Shown here piece by piece: positions 28,900 to 37,858 of a DNA stretch of 59,604 bases. Position numbers and translations under genes: made by a program. Numbering within the stretch: the first letter of the stretch is position 1; each line of letters starts with the position of its first letter. Below the pieces are notes generated by a model. The model was not told the origin of the DNA, made no database searches, and was given only the letters and a program-made list of their open reading frames with translations. The DNA comes from Clostridia bacterium (lineage in GTDB: Bacteria > Bacillota > Clostridia > TANB77 > CAG-508), in NCBI GenBank assembly GCA_022798895.1, contig JAAWNJ010000002.1, positions 1 to 59,604 of the forward strand, written 5' to 3'.

Positions 28900-29984
28900 A
28901 TGAATTCATTAGACTTTCAAGAGGTATCTAAACATATTAGCATTGCTAATGTCGCTTACCATTTGTGCCTAGAAATTACTGAAACAAGGGCTGATGAAAT
29001 AAAGGCTATTTGTCCTTTTTGTCGGCTACAATAAGAATTCCAAAATTGCTACTTTAAGTCTTAATGTTAGCAATAACAAATATTGTTGCAGCAGATGTGG
29101 AGCAGGTGGATATTCTATTGGCCTTTATGCTAAAGTTAAAAGTATTGATACGAAAAAAGCATATCGCGAACTATTAGATAGAGAATGTTTTTCTATAAAT
29201 AGTTCACCTATCACTATTAGTCCAATAAATGAGCTTGCGGACATTGAAACAAGAGATAAAGTTTATAGGGCATTTCTGAGTATGTTAAAATTAGAGAAAC
29301 AACATCAAAACTATCTACGAAGGTTAGGATTTTTAGATTCTACAATAAATGAACAATTGTATCGCTCACTACCCACTTCTAAAACAACCAGATATATAAA
29401 AAGGCGATTAATTGCTAACAAGTTAAAAAATATGTATGATTTATCAGGTATTCCGGGTTTTTATCAAGAGGAAGATTGGATATGGACTTTTGCTAGTGGT
29501 GAAGGCTTCTTCGTTCCACTATTTGACGAAAATAACAAAATTCAAGCATTATCTATTCATTTGGATAAAGAATTTAATGGTACAAGCGATTTATGGTTTT
29601 CAAGTGCTGGAAAAATCAATGGAACAGGTACTAAAAACTGGATTAGTAAAAATAATATCAGAGAAGATACTAAAACTGTCGTAATAACTGACAGCTTATT
29701 ATTAGGTAATTTTATGAAAGCAACACTTAATATTCCTGTTATTAGCTTTTCTAGCATTGCTAATTCATATCAAATTTTAAAGTCAATTGATGGAACAAAT
29801 ATACAGAATATTATTTTTACCATAAGACCTGGAGCAAATCAGAATTTAGATTATATTATTAGACGAATTTTTAGAGATTTGTTACCTTTGCGGATACAAT
29901 TTAGAAGTAAAATCAGTAAATAATTTTCAAGATGTTTTAAAAGATGATTTCTTGACTTTTTATGCAGTAAAAAAGACTGCATAG
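28900..29984 (+). CDS. CHC2 zinc-finger / Toprim-like primase-related protein; needs +1 at CGG 29023-29025 and 29891-29893
   Basis: AAAGGAG RBS then ATG 28900. ...AICPFC-CGG. Skipping C29023 gives CPFCGYNKNSKIATLSLNVSNNKYCCSRCGAGGYSIGLYAKV (CHC2 finger), in frame with ORF 29282... A second site at L-CGG extends the end to ...LGYNLEVKSVNNFQDVLKDDFLTFYAVKKTA*. Confidence 0.7.
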
Positions 29985-30000
29985 CACTATAAAATTATAA

Positions 30001-30040
30001 TAGACTAGCCTTGTATAAAGGTTAGTCTATTTTTTTATTT
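30001..30040 (+). terminator. rho-independent terminator closing the plus-strand block
   Basis: TAGACTAGCC...GGTTAGTCTA hairpin followed by T7. Confidence 0.65.
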
Positions 30041-30166
30041 TTTATATTCCATTATTTCATTCAAGTTACAGTCTAAGGCATAACAAATTCTTGCTAATAA
30101 ATCTAAATCAGTTCTTTGTATGTCATTATCCACATAACTTTTTCGCTCTAAAACTCTTCTTTCCAA
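30035..30166 (-). CDS. short XRE-type HTH fragment/protein (43 aa, TTG start)
   Basis: AAAGGTGGA RBS then TTG: LERRVLERKSYVDNDIQRTDLDLLARICYALDCNLNEIMEYKK. This matches only the C-terminal half of a Cro/CI HTH. Confidence 0.3.
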   Translation of the reverse strand: MERRVLERKSYVDNDIQRTDLDLLARICYALDCNLNEIMEYKK

Positions 30167-30273
30167 ATTGTCCACCTTTTATTTATCTTAGCACATAGTT
30201 ACGGTCTTGACATTTCCCAAATTAACCGTTACTATATATGTGTATTTTGGAAAAAAATGGGAGGTGATTTCAA

Positions 30274-30546
30274 ATGAAGAATAGTGGAATAACAAGACAT
30301 GTAGACGAATTAGGTAGAATTGTAATTCCAATCGAATTAAGAAACAAATTTGGCATTTCTGAAAAGGACCCAATGGAAGTATTCGTAGATGGCTCTACCA
30401 TTGTACTAAAGAAATTTGAACCTAATTGTATCTTTTGTGGAAATTCTAGGAAATTGTCTGAATATAAAGATAAGTTAATTTGTCAAAAGTGCCTACAACA
30501 AATTAAAGCAATTCAAGATTCAGAAATTACAGAAGAAAATAGATAA
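30274..30546 (+). CDS. AbrB/SpoVT-family transcriptional regulator with C-terminal zinc ribbon
   Basis: GGGAGGTGA RBS. GITRHVDELGRIVIPIELRNKFGI (SpoVT-AbrB swapped-hairpin domain). CIFCG...CQKC. Confidence 0.8.
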   Translation: MKNSGITRHVDELGRIVIPIELRNKFGISEKDPMEVFVDGSTIVLKKFEPNCIFCGNSRKLSEYKDKLICQKCLQQIKAIQDSEITEENR

Positions 30547-30732
30547 GATATATTCCTCACAATACTATCTTATCTATTAGCAAATTTGCATTGTATATCT
30601 TTTTATGATATATAATAAGAAGCTAGTTCTAAAAATAATCTAGTGCCAATAAGATTATCTTTATTCTTTATATACCCCTCTGAACTAGCAAATATCCTAA
30701 GAGGAGCAAGGCAAATGCTCCTTTTAGATTCT

Positions 30733-31029
30733 TTATTCTATAAGATTTTTTAGTTCTTCACTGTTAATATTTAAAACCTTGCATAAGGCAATCAATTCAA
30801 AATCTTTAACAATCATTCTTCCAGTTTCTATACGGTTTAATTCCGTTCTGTTTAGGTCAACTGCGTGTAATTGTAACTTTCTACATACTTCATCTTTAGA
30901 TAAACCTAAATTTGTTCTATATTCATTTATTAAATTGCCTATTACATTTGACTTTCCCTCATATTTCTTCAAAAAACTTACCATCCATTTTTTTATTAAT
31001 TTTATACTAAATTTCATACTATATAGCAT
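30733..31029 (-). CDS. XRE-family HTH regulator (start codon uncertain)
   Basis: IGNLINEYRTNLGLSKDEVCRKLQLHAVDLNRTELNRIETG. Candidate starts at 31029, 31017 and 30984. Confidence 0.65.
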   Translation of the reverse strand: MLYSMKFSIKLIKKWMVSFLKKYEGKSNVIGNLINEYRTNLGLSKDEVCRKLQLHAVDLNRTELNRIETGRMIVKDFELIALCKVLNINSEELKNLIE

Positions 31030-31151
31030 TACAGACTAGCGGTACTGATATTAGGATGTGTATTTTTTTGAATTTTATTCTTAATATCTATAAGAAAATT
31101 ATATAATAATAGGGTGTTAATTTTCATAACTTCCTATTATTGCTTATTAGA

Positions 31152-31811
31152 TTATTTTAATTCTGTTACATTTGTGTCAAATGTTTTAGTATCTAAATTA
31201 TACATTTTATTATCGTCTGAGACTTCTCTCATACCATATCCATTACAAAGTACAAAATAGTAATCTTTCTCTTTATCATAGGACAAGAAAATTACACTTT
31301 CTTTGATGTCATCAACTTCTACTTGACTATCTTCTACTACGTACTCTATGGTTTTACTTTCTAATTGTTGTGTTGATAGATTAGATATTCCTTTCTTAAT
31401 AAGTTGCTCTTCTGTTTGCTTGCTTATATAATCTTTAAGTGGTACTACTCCCCCATAATAATTAATGTTAATACTTTTTGATTGATAATCTCCTTTTAAA
31501 ATCTCTGATATTTCAAATTGAGCTTCAGTTATTATAGATGCATATTCATCTACATAGCATTCGATATCTTTTATATATTTACCAACAATAACTAAATCAG
31601 CAATTTCATATAGATCTTCTGGTTTTGTAGCAATATAATCATTATGACTAACAATTTGATAATCTGCTTTATTTTTTATATTATTATTTTTTCCAACCTC
31701 TAGTGTTTCTAATATTTCACTAGAAGAATCTCTGCTTGTAAAGTAATGTATAATAGATACTCCACTAGCTATTAATATCAATATTACAAATACAATAAGT
31801 ATTTTTTTCAT
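31152..31811 (-). CDS. secreted/membrane-anchored hypothetical protein
   Basis: MKKILIVFVILILIASGVSIIHYF signal anchor. Co-oriented with the upstream metalloprotease. Confidence 0.5.
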   Translation of the reverse strand: MKKILIVFVILILIASGVSIIHYFTSRDSSSEILETLEVGKNNNIKNKADYQIVSHNDYIATKPEDLYEIADLVIVGKYIKDIECYVDEYASIITEAQFEISEILKGDYQSKSININYYGGVVPLKDYISKQTEEQLIKKGISNLSTQQLESKTIEYVVEDSQVEVDDIKESVIFLSYDKEKDYYFVLCNGYGMREVSDDNKMYNLDTKTFDTNVTELK

Positions 31812-31824
31812 ATAAATTCCTCCT

Positions 31825-32427
31825 TTAAGGATGTTTTTTATTAAATGCTGTTTGATCTACTTGTTGAACTTTATATACTGCTCTACCGGAACCCATTTGG
31901 CACATAATACTATTTGGATTAGTATTATTGTGTTTTAATCCAAAAGCATGTCCAAATTCATGTGCTATTACGCCTTGTCTAATTGTACTAGAATATCTAT
32001 CCATATAATTTGTATTTAAGCGGATATCATTAAATAGCCAGTCGGAAACATCTCCATCTGCTATCTCAGAAACAGTACCACTATGTCCATTTGATCTTTT
32101 GTAAAAAAGAGTAATACCATTAATTCCGTCCTGAGCATAATATGTATAGAAGTCACAAGCGCTATCAATAATATTATCTGTTTTAGTATTAGGATATAAA
32201 TTATTCCACCCATAACCTGTATATACCCAATTATTAGCAGCATTTGCAATTTCAGTAGCATACTTAGTTCCAGAAGAATGTAAATAGTAATAATACTTGT
32301 CTATGCTCCATATCAAATTATATTTAAATGCTGGTGTTGCTGTTGCTGCATAGGTTCTGTTAAATATAAAACTAGCTCCAATAATTAAAAATAAAATAAG
32401 TATAATTTTTAAAGTTTTATTTTTCAT
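31825..32427 (-). CDS. secreted metzincin-type zinc metalloprotease
   Basis: AAAGGAG RBS before MKNKTLKIILILFLIIGASFIF (signal peptide). HEFGHAFGLKH = HExxHxxGxxH. Confidence 0.75.
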   Translation of the reverse strand: MKNKTLKIILILFLIIGASFIFNRTYAATATPAFKYNLIWSIDKYYYYLHSSGTKYATEIANAANNWVYTGYGWNNLYPNTKTDNIIDSACDFYTYYAQDGINGITLFYKRSNGHSGTVSEIADGDVSDWLFNDIRLNTNYMDRYSSTIRQGVIAHEFGHAFGLKHNNTNPNSIMCQMGSGRAVYKVQQVDQTAFNKKHP

Positions 32428-32636
32428 AAAAAGCTCCTTTCTGTTTCTAATAATTTTTATTAATACTATCCTCCTTCCTTTTATGATATTTTTTGCCATT
32501 CTCTCTTGTATACTATATTAGATATTTAATAATAAAAATATATTTCATAGTTTAACATTTCTGTATTCCAATACGGTTAAAATCTGCATTGCACAACAGT
32601 ATAATATAAAAAAAGTTATAATGTGTGGTGGATTTT

Positions 32637-32972
32637 ATGATAGCATTTGATAAGTTTGATAAGAAGGAAGAAATTGTTAGAACAACTATTGAAATAGAAG
32701 ATAATTTGTACGATGAACTAATCATATTATCTCAAAATATTTATGATGCTTCAGTGAACAAATTGATTGATGCATCAATTGAACATCTTGCTAAAACGGA
32801 AAATATACAACTATATCAAGATACTGTTTCTACAAAACATTCTCTCAATATAAGAGAGTCTGTGTTTAATAGATTATTAAATTTAAAAACAAAATTTGGA
32901 ATTCCACTATATAGATTAGTGATGGCCATTAGAAATGCCATTAATGAGTATAAAAATAAAGATAAGCAATAA
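32637..32972 (+). CDS. hypothetical small regulator-like protein (paralogue of 34007..34336)
   Basis: Shared pattern with 34007: ...VNVDDSLYSEIKRLS / IEIEDNLYDELIILS ... and a C-terminal ...RLLNSAIKEF / RLVMAIRNAINEY (RHH-like repeats). Confidence 0.4.
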   Translation: MIAFDKFDKKEEIVRTTIEIEDNLYDELIILSQNIYDASVNKLIDASIEHLAKTENIQLYQDTVSTKHSLNIRESVFNRLLNLKTKFGIPLYRLVMAIRNAINEYKNKDKQ

Positions 32973-33030
32973 AAAGCTTACCTTTATATATAACAATTCA
33001 ATTTCCTTATATATTTATTATATAAGGAAA

Positions 33031-33378
33031 TTATTTTATCATTCCGATAATTAATCCATCTCGAAGCGCTAATGCACTTGCTAAACATATATCATATTCA
33101 TTTTGTGTATTAAGTTGGTGTTCATATTCTTTGAGAAGTTCTCTTATTTCTGTATTTTCTATTTCTTCTATTTTTTCGGAAAGTTTAGAAATCTTTTGAT
33201 TACATTTTGCATATTTTTCTATTTTTAATAAATCATCTTGGTATTCTTCTAATCTATTACAAAATATTTCTCTGTTATTATCCTCTAATGCCAATTCTAA
33301 TATATAATTGTAGTCTTTATTTTCTAATTCTTCTTTAAAGTAAATAATATTATTTGCTTTATCTTTTTCATTTTTCAT
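33031..33378 (-). CDS. hypothetical protein
   Basis: 115-aa acidic helical ORF, coupled to 33383..33826. Confidence 0.4.
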   Translation of the reverse strand: MKNEKDKANNIIYFKEELENKDYNYILELALEDNNREIFCNRLEEYQDDLLKIEKYAKCNQKISKLSEKIEEIENTEIRELLKEYEHQLNTQNEYDICLASALALRDGLIIGMIK

Positions 33379-33382
33379 CGAT

Positions 33383-33826
33383 TCATTCTCCCTTATTATT
33401 CATATTATTATTTTTCTCTGCAATAAAAACAGTAATAAATTTTTTAAAATTTTCTACTGATTTAACACTACTTAGCACATAGTTACCACTAATTCGATAC
33501 AATATTATTAATCCTTTTATGCTGTTATTAATAACTATTGGAAGAAACATTTGGCAAGCATAATTAATCTTGCTATTCTCTAAGAATTGAATACAATCAT
33601 TTTTATTGAGTATGATAAAAAGAGATTCATAGTTAGAATGAATTTTCCACTTTTCTATAAGTCTTTTAGCTTCATTACTTAATAAGCAATCGTCTACTTG
33701 AAACTTGCTATCAGTATCTATGAATTCAGCGTATTTTACCTTTTCTAAATCGGTAATAATAACATTTGATTTAGATATTGTAATTGAATCTTTTATATAT
33801 TTCTTTAGTTGACTAGAAATTTGCAT
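33383..33826 (-). CDS. hypothetical protein
   Basis: 147-aa ORF, divergent from 34007..34336. Confidence 0.4.
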   Translation of the reverse strand: MQISSQLKKYIKDSITISKSNVIITDLEKVKYAEFIDTDSKFQVDDCLLSNEAKRLIEKWKIHSNYESLFIILNKNDCIQFLENSKINYACQMFLPIVINNSIKGLIILYRISGNYVLSSVKSVENFKKFITVFIAEKNNNMNNKGE

Positions 33827-34006
33827 AATATCCTCCTTTCTTCAAATAATAACTATTATGTATCTATTTCAAAATGTCTCAAAAGTATTATATAATTTTT
33901 TTGCACATTAGTCTATATTTTACATTGTACTTTTGAATTGATTTCCCTAGTATTATTGAATGATAAAAAGCATTATAATTATCTATATTTCTAGGAGGAA
34001 AGAATA

Positions 34007-34336
34007 TTGATAAGGGATAAATTATATTCAAAGGATAATTATATTATTGAAAAGTCTGTAAATGTTGACGATAGTTTATATAGTGAAATTAAAAGATTGT
34101 CTTTAGAAAAATATTCGGCAGGCATAAGTGAAATTGTAAATGTTGCAATAGAAGAATATATTGAACGAAACACACCAAACTTTTATGGAAAAAAGAAATT
34201 TGAAACTGTAACATATAGAACATTAGCTTTGCGTAAAAAGAACATTGATAAATTAAATGAATATCATGATAATACAGGAATTTCTTTTACTAGGCTTTTG
34301 AATTCAGCAATTAAAGAATTTCTTGATAACATTTAG
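34007..34336 (+). CDS. hypothetical small regulator-like protein (paralogue of 32637..32972)
   Basis: AGGAGG RBS then TTG start. See the 32637 entry. Confidence 0.4.
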   Translation: MIRDKLYSKDNYIIEKSVNVDDSLYSEIKRLSLEKYSAGISEIVNVAIEEYIERNTPNFYGKKKFETVTYRTLALRKKNIDKLNEYHDNTGISFTRLLNSAIKEFLDNI

Positions 34337-34470
34337 AATAATAAATAAAAAGCAGATACTTTTTTGATTTAGTTCAAAGTGCATCTGCTTTTTTTAGATT
34401 AGTAAACAAAAAATAATAAATATATGAATCCATTACTTTTTATATAAAATACCATAAATATATTAGAAAA

Positions 34471-34980
34471 TCAAGCATTTTCTTCATCTTCTGTTTCTTC
34501 ATTATTTAAAACTTCCAATTTAGGATATGAGGTATATAAAAATGGTATATCACAGCTAATGCTGTTCATATCTTCTGCATTAGGAAAGGCTAGAATTAGC
34601 TTATCGGCTTGCGGTATTGCAATAGGGTATGAATTTACTAATTTTACAATACTATTTCTATTTTCATTTTCTGCTACAATAATATTATATAGCAGATTTT
34701 CAGTAGTTAAAAAACTAATTGATACTGGATTATAACCTTTGTAATACCTTAATAATCTTTTCTGCTTTTTATATTTGCATAAAATGTCTAGTGCAATCAA
34801 CATAGTATTATCAATTTTCTTTGTATTATGAACAAAAATATCGTCTTTTTTACTTACTGCATCCCCCATTAAAATACTTTTAAAGTTGTCTTTCTCACTT
34901 TCAAATAATATTTGTAGTTGCTCTAGTTTAGCACAGCCAAAATCTTGCAAAAAGTTGGTTACTTTTTCTTTATCTACCAT
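34471..34980 (-). CDS. hypothetical protein
   Basis: 169-aa ORF overlapping the upstream S1-domain gene by 11 nt. Confidence 0.4.
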   Translation of the reverse strand: MVDKEKVTNFLQDFGCAKLEQLQILFESEKDNFKSILMGDAVSKKDDIFVHNTKKIDNTMLIALDILCKYKKQKRLLRYYKGYNPVSISFLTTENLLYNIIVAENENRNSIVKLVNSYPIAIPQADKLILAFPNAEDMNSISCDIPFLYTSYPKLEVLNNEETEDEENA

Positions 34981-35806
34981 AGCAATTACCTCCGATAATT
35001 CTCATTAAATAGCCATAAATCAGCTTTTTATCTTCCTTTATTTCAGATATTCGTACTAGGACAGTATCAAGATAGTGTGGATAATTATTAAACCTTGCTG
35101 GAACTCTTGCAAGGCAAGTAACCTTCGTATTATCTAATTGAACTATAATACCAGAATTATTTTTTGGAAATGCAATTACTTTTCCAGTATATTCGCCACC
35201 TTCAGTAGTAAACTTTCTAATATTTTTATATGGATTTTCTAAAAAGTCTTTGCTACTTAGTTCATATATACCTTTTTGAATATCGATGGCTTTAATTCTT
35301 ACTTTTAGATATCCTCCTGGAGAATATAATTCTTTACAATTTGTTATATAGGTATGTTGTAAATTCTCCGCTTTGATAATTACTTCTTTTCCATACAATT
35401 CTACTACTATATGTTTTGTACTTACTGCTAAAATTCGTACTCTTACAGTGTCATTTACCTGTAGTCCTGGCAATTCTAATTCTGCTCGTAGTTGCATTGC
35501 GTCTTTTCTACTTGCAATTACTATATTAGAAATTTCGTCTATTTCTATTACTATAAAATCAATTTCTGCACCTAGTACCCCTCTAATAACTGACTTATTT
35601 TGCTTTTCTGTTCCTAAACCTAAATGTGTTATAGGTATCAGTATTTTCATATTGTTATACCATATAATAGCACAGGGAATACTCTCGTTTCTAACCTTGT
35701 AATATTCATTTTCTATTCCAGTAATTTTACCTGTTAATATTCTCTTTTCATCTCTACTTCTAATAAATTCTTTTATTACTAATTCTTCCAATGATTTCAC
35801 CTCCAC
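34970..35806 (-). CDS. protein with repeated S1/OB-fold-like domains
   Basis: Three segments of the type GKITGIENEYYKV, VNDTVRVRILAVSTKHIVVELYGKEVIIKAENL and GEYTGKVIAFPKNNSGIIVQLD resemble S1 RNA-binding repeats. Confidence 0.45.
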   Translation of the reverse strand: MEVKSLEELVIKEFIRSRDEKRILTGKITGIENEYYKVRNESIPCAIIWYNNMKILIPITHLGLGTEKQNKSVIRGVLGAEIDFIVIEIDEISNIVIASRKDAMQLRAELELPGLQVNDTVRVRILAVSTKHIVVELYGKEVIIKAENLQHTYITNCKELYSPGGYLKVRIKAIDIQKGIYELSSKDFLENPYKNIRKFTTEGGEYTGKVIAFPKNNSGIIVQLDNTKVTCLARVPARFNNYPHYLDTVLVRISEIKEDKKLIYGYLMRIIGGNCYGR

Positions 35807-35931
35807 TAAAAAAGCACCTACCTTTTAAGGTAAATGCTATATTCCATAATATTCTTCTAAAATAGGAAAGGCTACAGTTATCAAACTGTAGCCTTTCCTC
35901 CTCAATAATCATATAGATAACTATTGAAGGC

Positions 35932-36588
35932 GGAAACTAGAGGTCTAAACTAATTAGTTACTTTGAAAAATGATATTGCTGGATTACGTCAGAGAATAGT
36001 AGTACCTTATAAAGCAAGTCCGACTCGCCTGAAAACGTCCTGTGTCGCTAAGGATTCTAAAGAAAATCTGAACCTTTTGCCCCTTAGTGACATTTGTCTC
36101 TACCGTATCGCCATGCTTATCAACTTGCCATTGGGTCGGCGAATGTCCGTTGGCATATCGATTATTTTCCGCCAGAACCTTTCCTGTCGATGCATTCTTG
36201 ATTTGCGTAACCACATATCCTGTTCCAGACTTAAAAGAAAAGAATGTATAGATCATAAGTCGACCAGATTTTCCCATAGTCTTCACAGGCGTCAGGTTGT
36301 TGCCAAGCATCTCAAACTCACCGACATAGGTATAGTTGGAACTGCTCCAAGTGGCATTTCCGTCGGCGCCCAGTGGCATTGCACTGGCATCGATTTCAGC
36401 CACATAGGCCTGTTCTTCCTCGTCCCAAACGGCCACTCCGCTACCGAAAGTTTCCTCATCGGCAAGAGTGGGGGCAGCCGCGAAAGCTGCTGTGGTCATA
36501 CCCATGCACATGGCAACCGCCATAAGCATTGCTAAAAACCGTTTACGCATTATATAGTCTCCTTTCATATCAAAGACCTCTAGTTTCC
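35932..36588. repeat. GC-rich 657-bp cassette bounded by a perfect 15-bp inverted repeat
   Basis: GGAAACTAGAGGTCT at 35932-35946 and AGACCTCTAGTTTCC at 36574-36588. The interior composition is clearly GC-richer than the ICE. Confidence 0.7.
35984..36568 (-). CDS. secreted hypothetical protein (foreign composition)
   Basis: MRKRFLAMLMAVAMCMGMTTAAFAAAP signal peptide. Uses GC-rich codons, including in-frame CGG as Arg at 36541-36539. The CGG at 36022-36020 is ambiguous. Confidence 0.6.
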   Translation of the reverse strand: MKGDYIMRKRFLAMLMAVAMCMGMTTAAFAAAPTLADEETFGSGVAVWDEEEQAYVAEIDASAMPLGADGNATWSSSNYTYVGEFEMLGNNLTPVKTMGKSGRLMIYTFFSFKSGTGYVVTQIKNASTGKVLAENNRYANGHSPTQWQVDKHGDTVETNVTKGQKVQIFFRILSDTGRFQASRTCFIRYYYSLT

Positions 36589-36698
36589 TGTGTAAAAAAT
36601 TTACACGTCTTATATTATAATGCGTTTTTCTTCCATTGTCAATATTAACTTTGTAATTTCTTGTAAATATTTATATTTTTTTATATAATATGTTATTT

Positions 36699-37856
36699 TT
36701 ATTTATTATTTGACATAAAGTAAAGTGGATTTCCTCCAATTATCTCTCCTGTCGTTGCATCAATATAATATGTGTAGTATTCATCATAAATATTAGTATT
36801 GCTATTAGACTGATTTAGAGTATCATATTCTATTGTTACCATCCATACTTTTCTAATACGACTATCTGTACGATAAATTATGGTATTATTTAAAGAGTAA
36901 TTCTTTGAATGTCTTTCTTGATAATACTGGTCATAATCCACTTTCCTTGCATAGGCATCACCATTCATCTTAGCAATGTCTAAATTAGAATGGATGCTCT
37001 TGACATTGTATCCAGTATTAATTTGTTGCTCTGCATCTACTGCAATCTTTTCAGCTTGCTCTTTAGATACTTCAATTGAATTATTATCATATTCTTCATC
37101 TTTGAATATAAAATAGTATATTTCGTTTATTTCAGGTATAAATCCTATTTTTATTGTCTCATATGGATTTACTATTTCATCATATTTTTTACTAAAATCG
37201 GCATACCAAATATATGCCTCTTTCTCAGATACTAGATTAGAACTTATTTCAACTTCCGAATATTTTTTTGATGAATAGCCATATTTTTCACATAATTCTT
37301 TTGCTACTGTTGTTGCTTTCTCTTCTGTCGTCCTGTAATTATCAATATCTTTAGCTAATACACTTTCAAAAAATACAGAAAAAGACTTCCCTTTTTGTGC
37401 TTCAAATTCAACAAAACTTCCATTAGTAGTTTCAATATGCCATATTAATTCATAATTGTTTGGATTATTATCTAGTTCAATTAACTTTATTACTTCATTA
37501 TTATGTCCAAATTTCTTTAATAATTCCTTAGCCCTTAATTCTGCATCATTTTTAGACATTGCTCTTGCTTTTTCTATTTCTGTAACTCTGTTTTTCTCAT
37601 TATTTTCTTCTGCATAAAAACCAATTACTTTTTCTGGCTCTTTCCATATATTATTGGTTAATATTGTTCCAGCATACACAATTCCTGTAGTCACTAATAA
37701 ACTTACACAAGCTGTTATTGCTATCTTTGGAAATGAATAATAAATTGCTTTTTTTCTTTCTTTTTGTAATTCTTCTTTAATAACTTTTTCTAGTTTGCTA
37801 GGAACTTCTATATCTAAAGCTAAATCATGATATAACTTTTTATCTAGTTCATCCAT
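36699..37856 (-). CDS. anti-sigma-factor-like membrane protein with extracytoplasmic PepSY-like repeats
   Basis: Short cytoplasmic N-terminus, a single TM (ITACVSLLVTTGIVYAG) and a large external domain. Directly downstream of an ECF sigma gene. Confidence 0.55.
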   Translation of the reverse strand: MDELDKKLYHDLALDIEVPSKLEKVIKEELQKERKKAIYYSFPKIAITACVSLLVTTGIVYAGTILTNNIWKEPEKVIGFYAEENNEKNRVTEIEKARAMSKNDAELRAKELLKKFGHNNEVIKLIELDNNPNNYELIWHIETTNGSFVEFEAQKGKSFSVFFESVLAKDIDNYRTTEEKATTVAKELCEKYGYSSKKYSEVEISSNLVSEKEAYIWYADFSKKYDEIVNPYETIKIGFIPEINEIYYFIFKDEEYDNNSIEVSKEQAEKIAVDAEQQINTGYNVKSIHSNLDIAKMNGDAYARKVDYDQYYQERHSKNYSLNNTIIYRTDSRIRKVWMVTIEYDTLNQSNSNTNIYDEYYTYYIDATTGEIIGGNPLYFMSNNK

Positions 37857-37858
37857 TT

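Noticed and set aside
35963-36535. 190-aa plus-strand ORF in the GC-rich cassette
   Set aside because: It is antisense to the ORF that has a canonical signal peptide and RBS. Long antisense ORFs are expected in GC-rich DNA.
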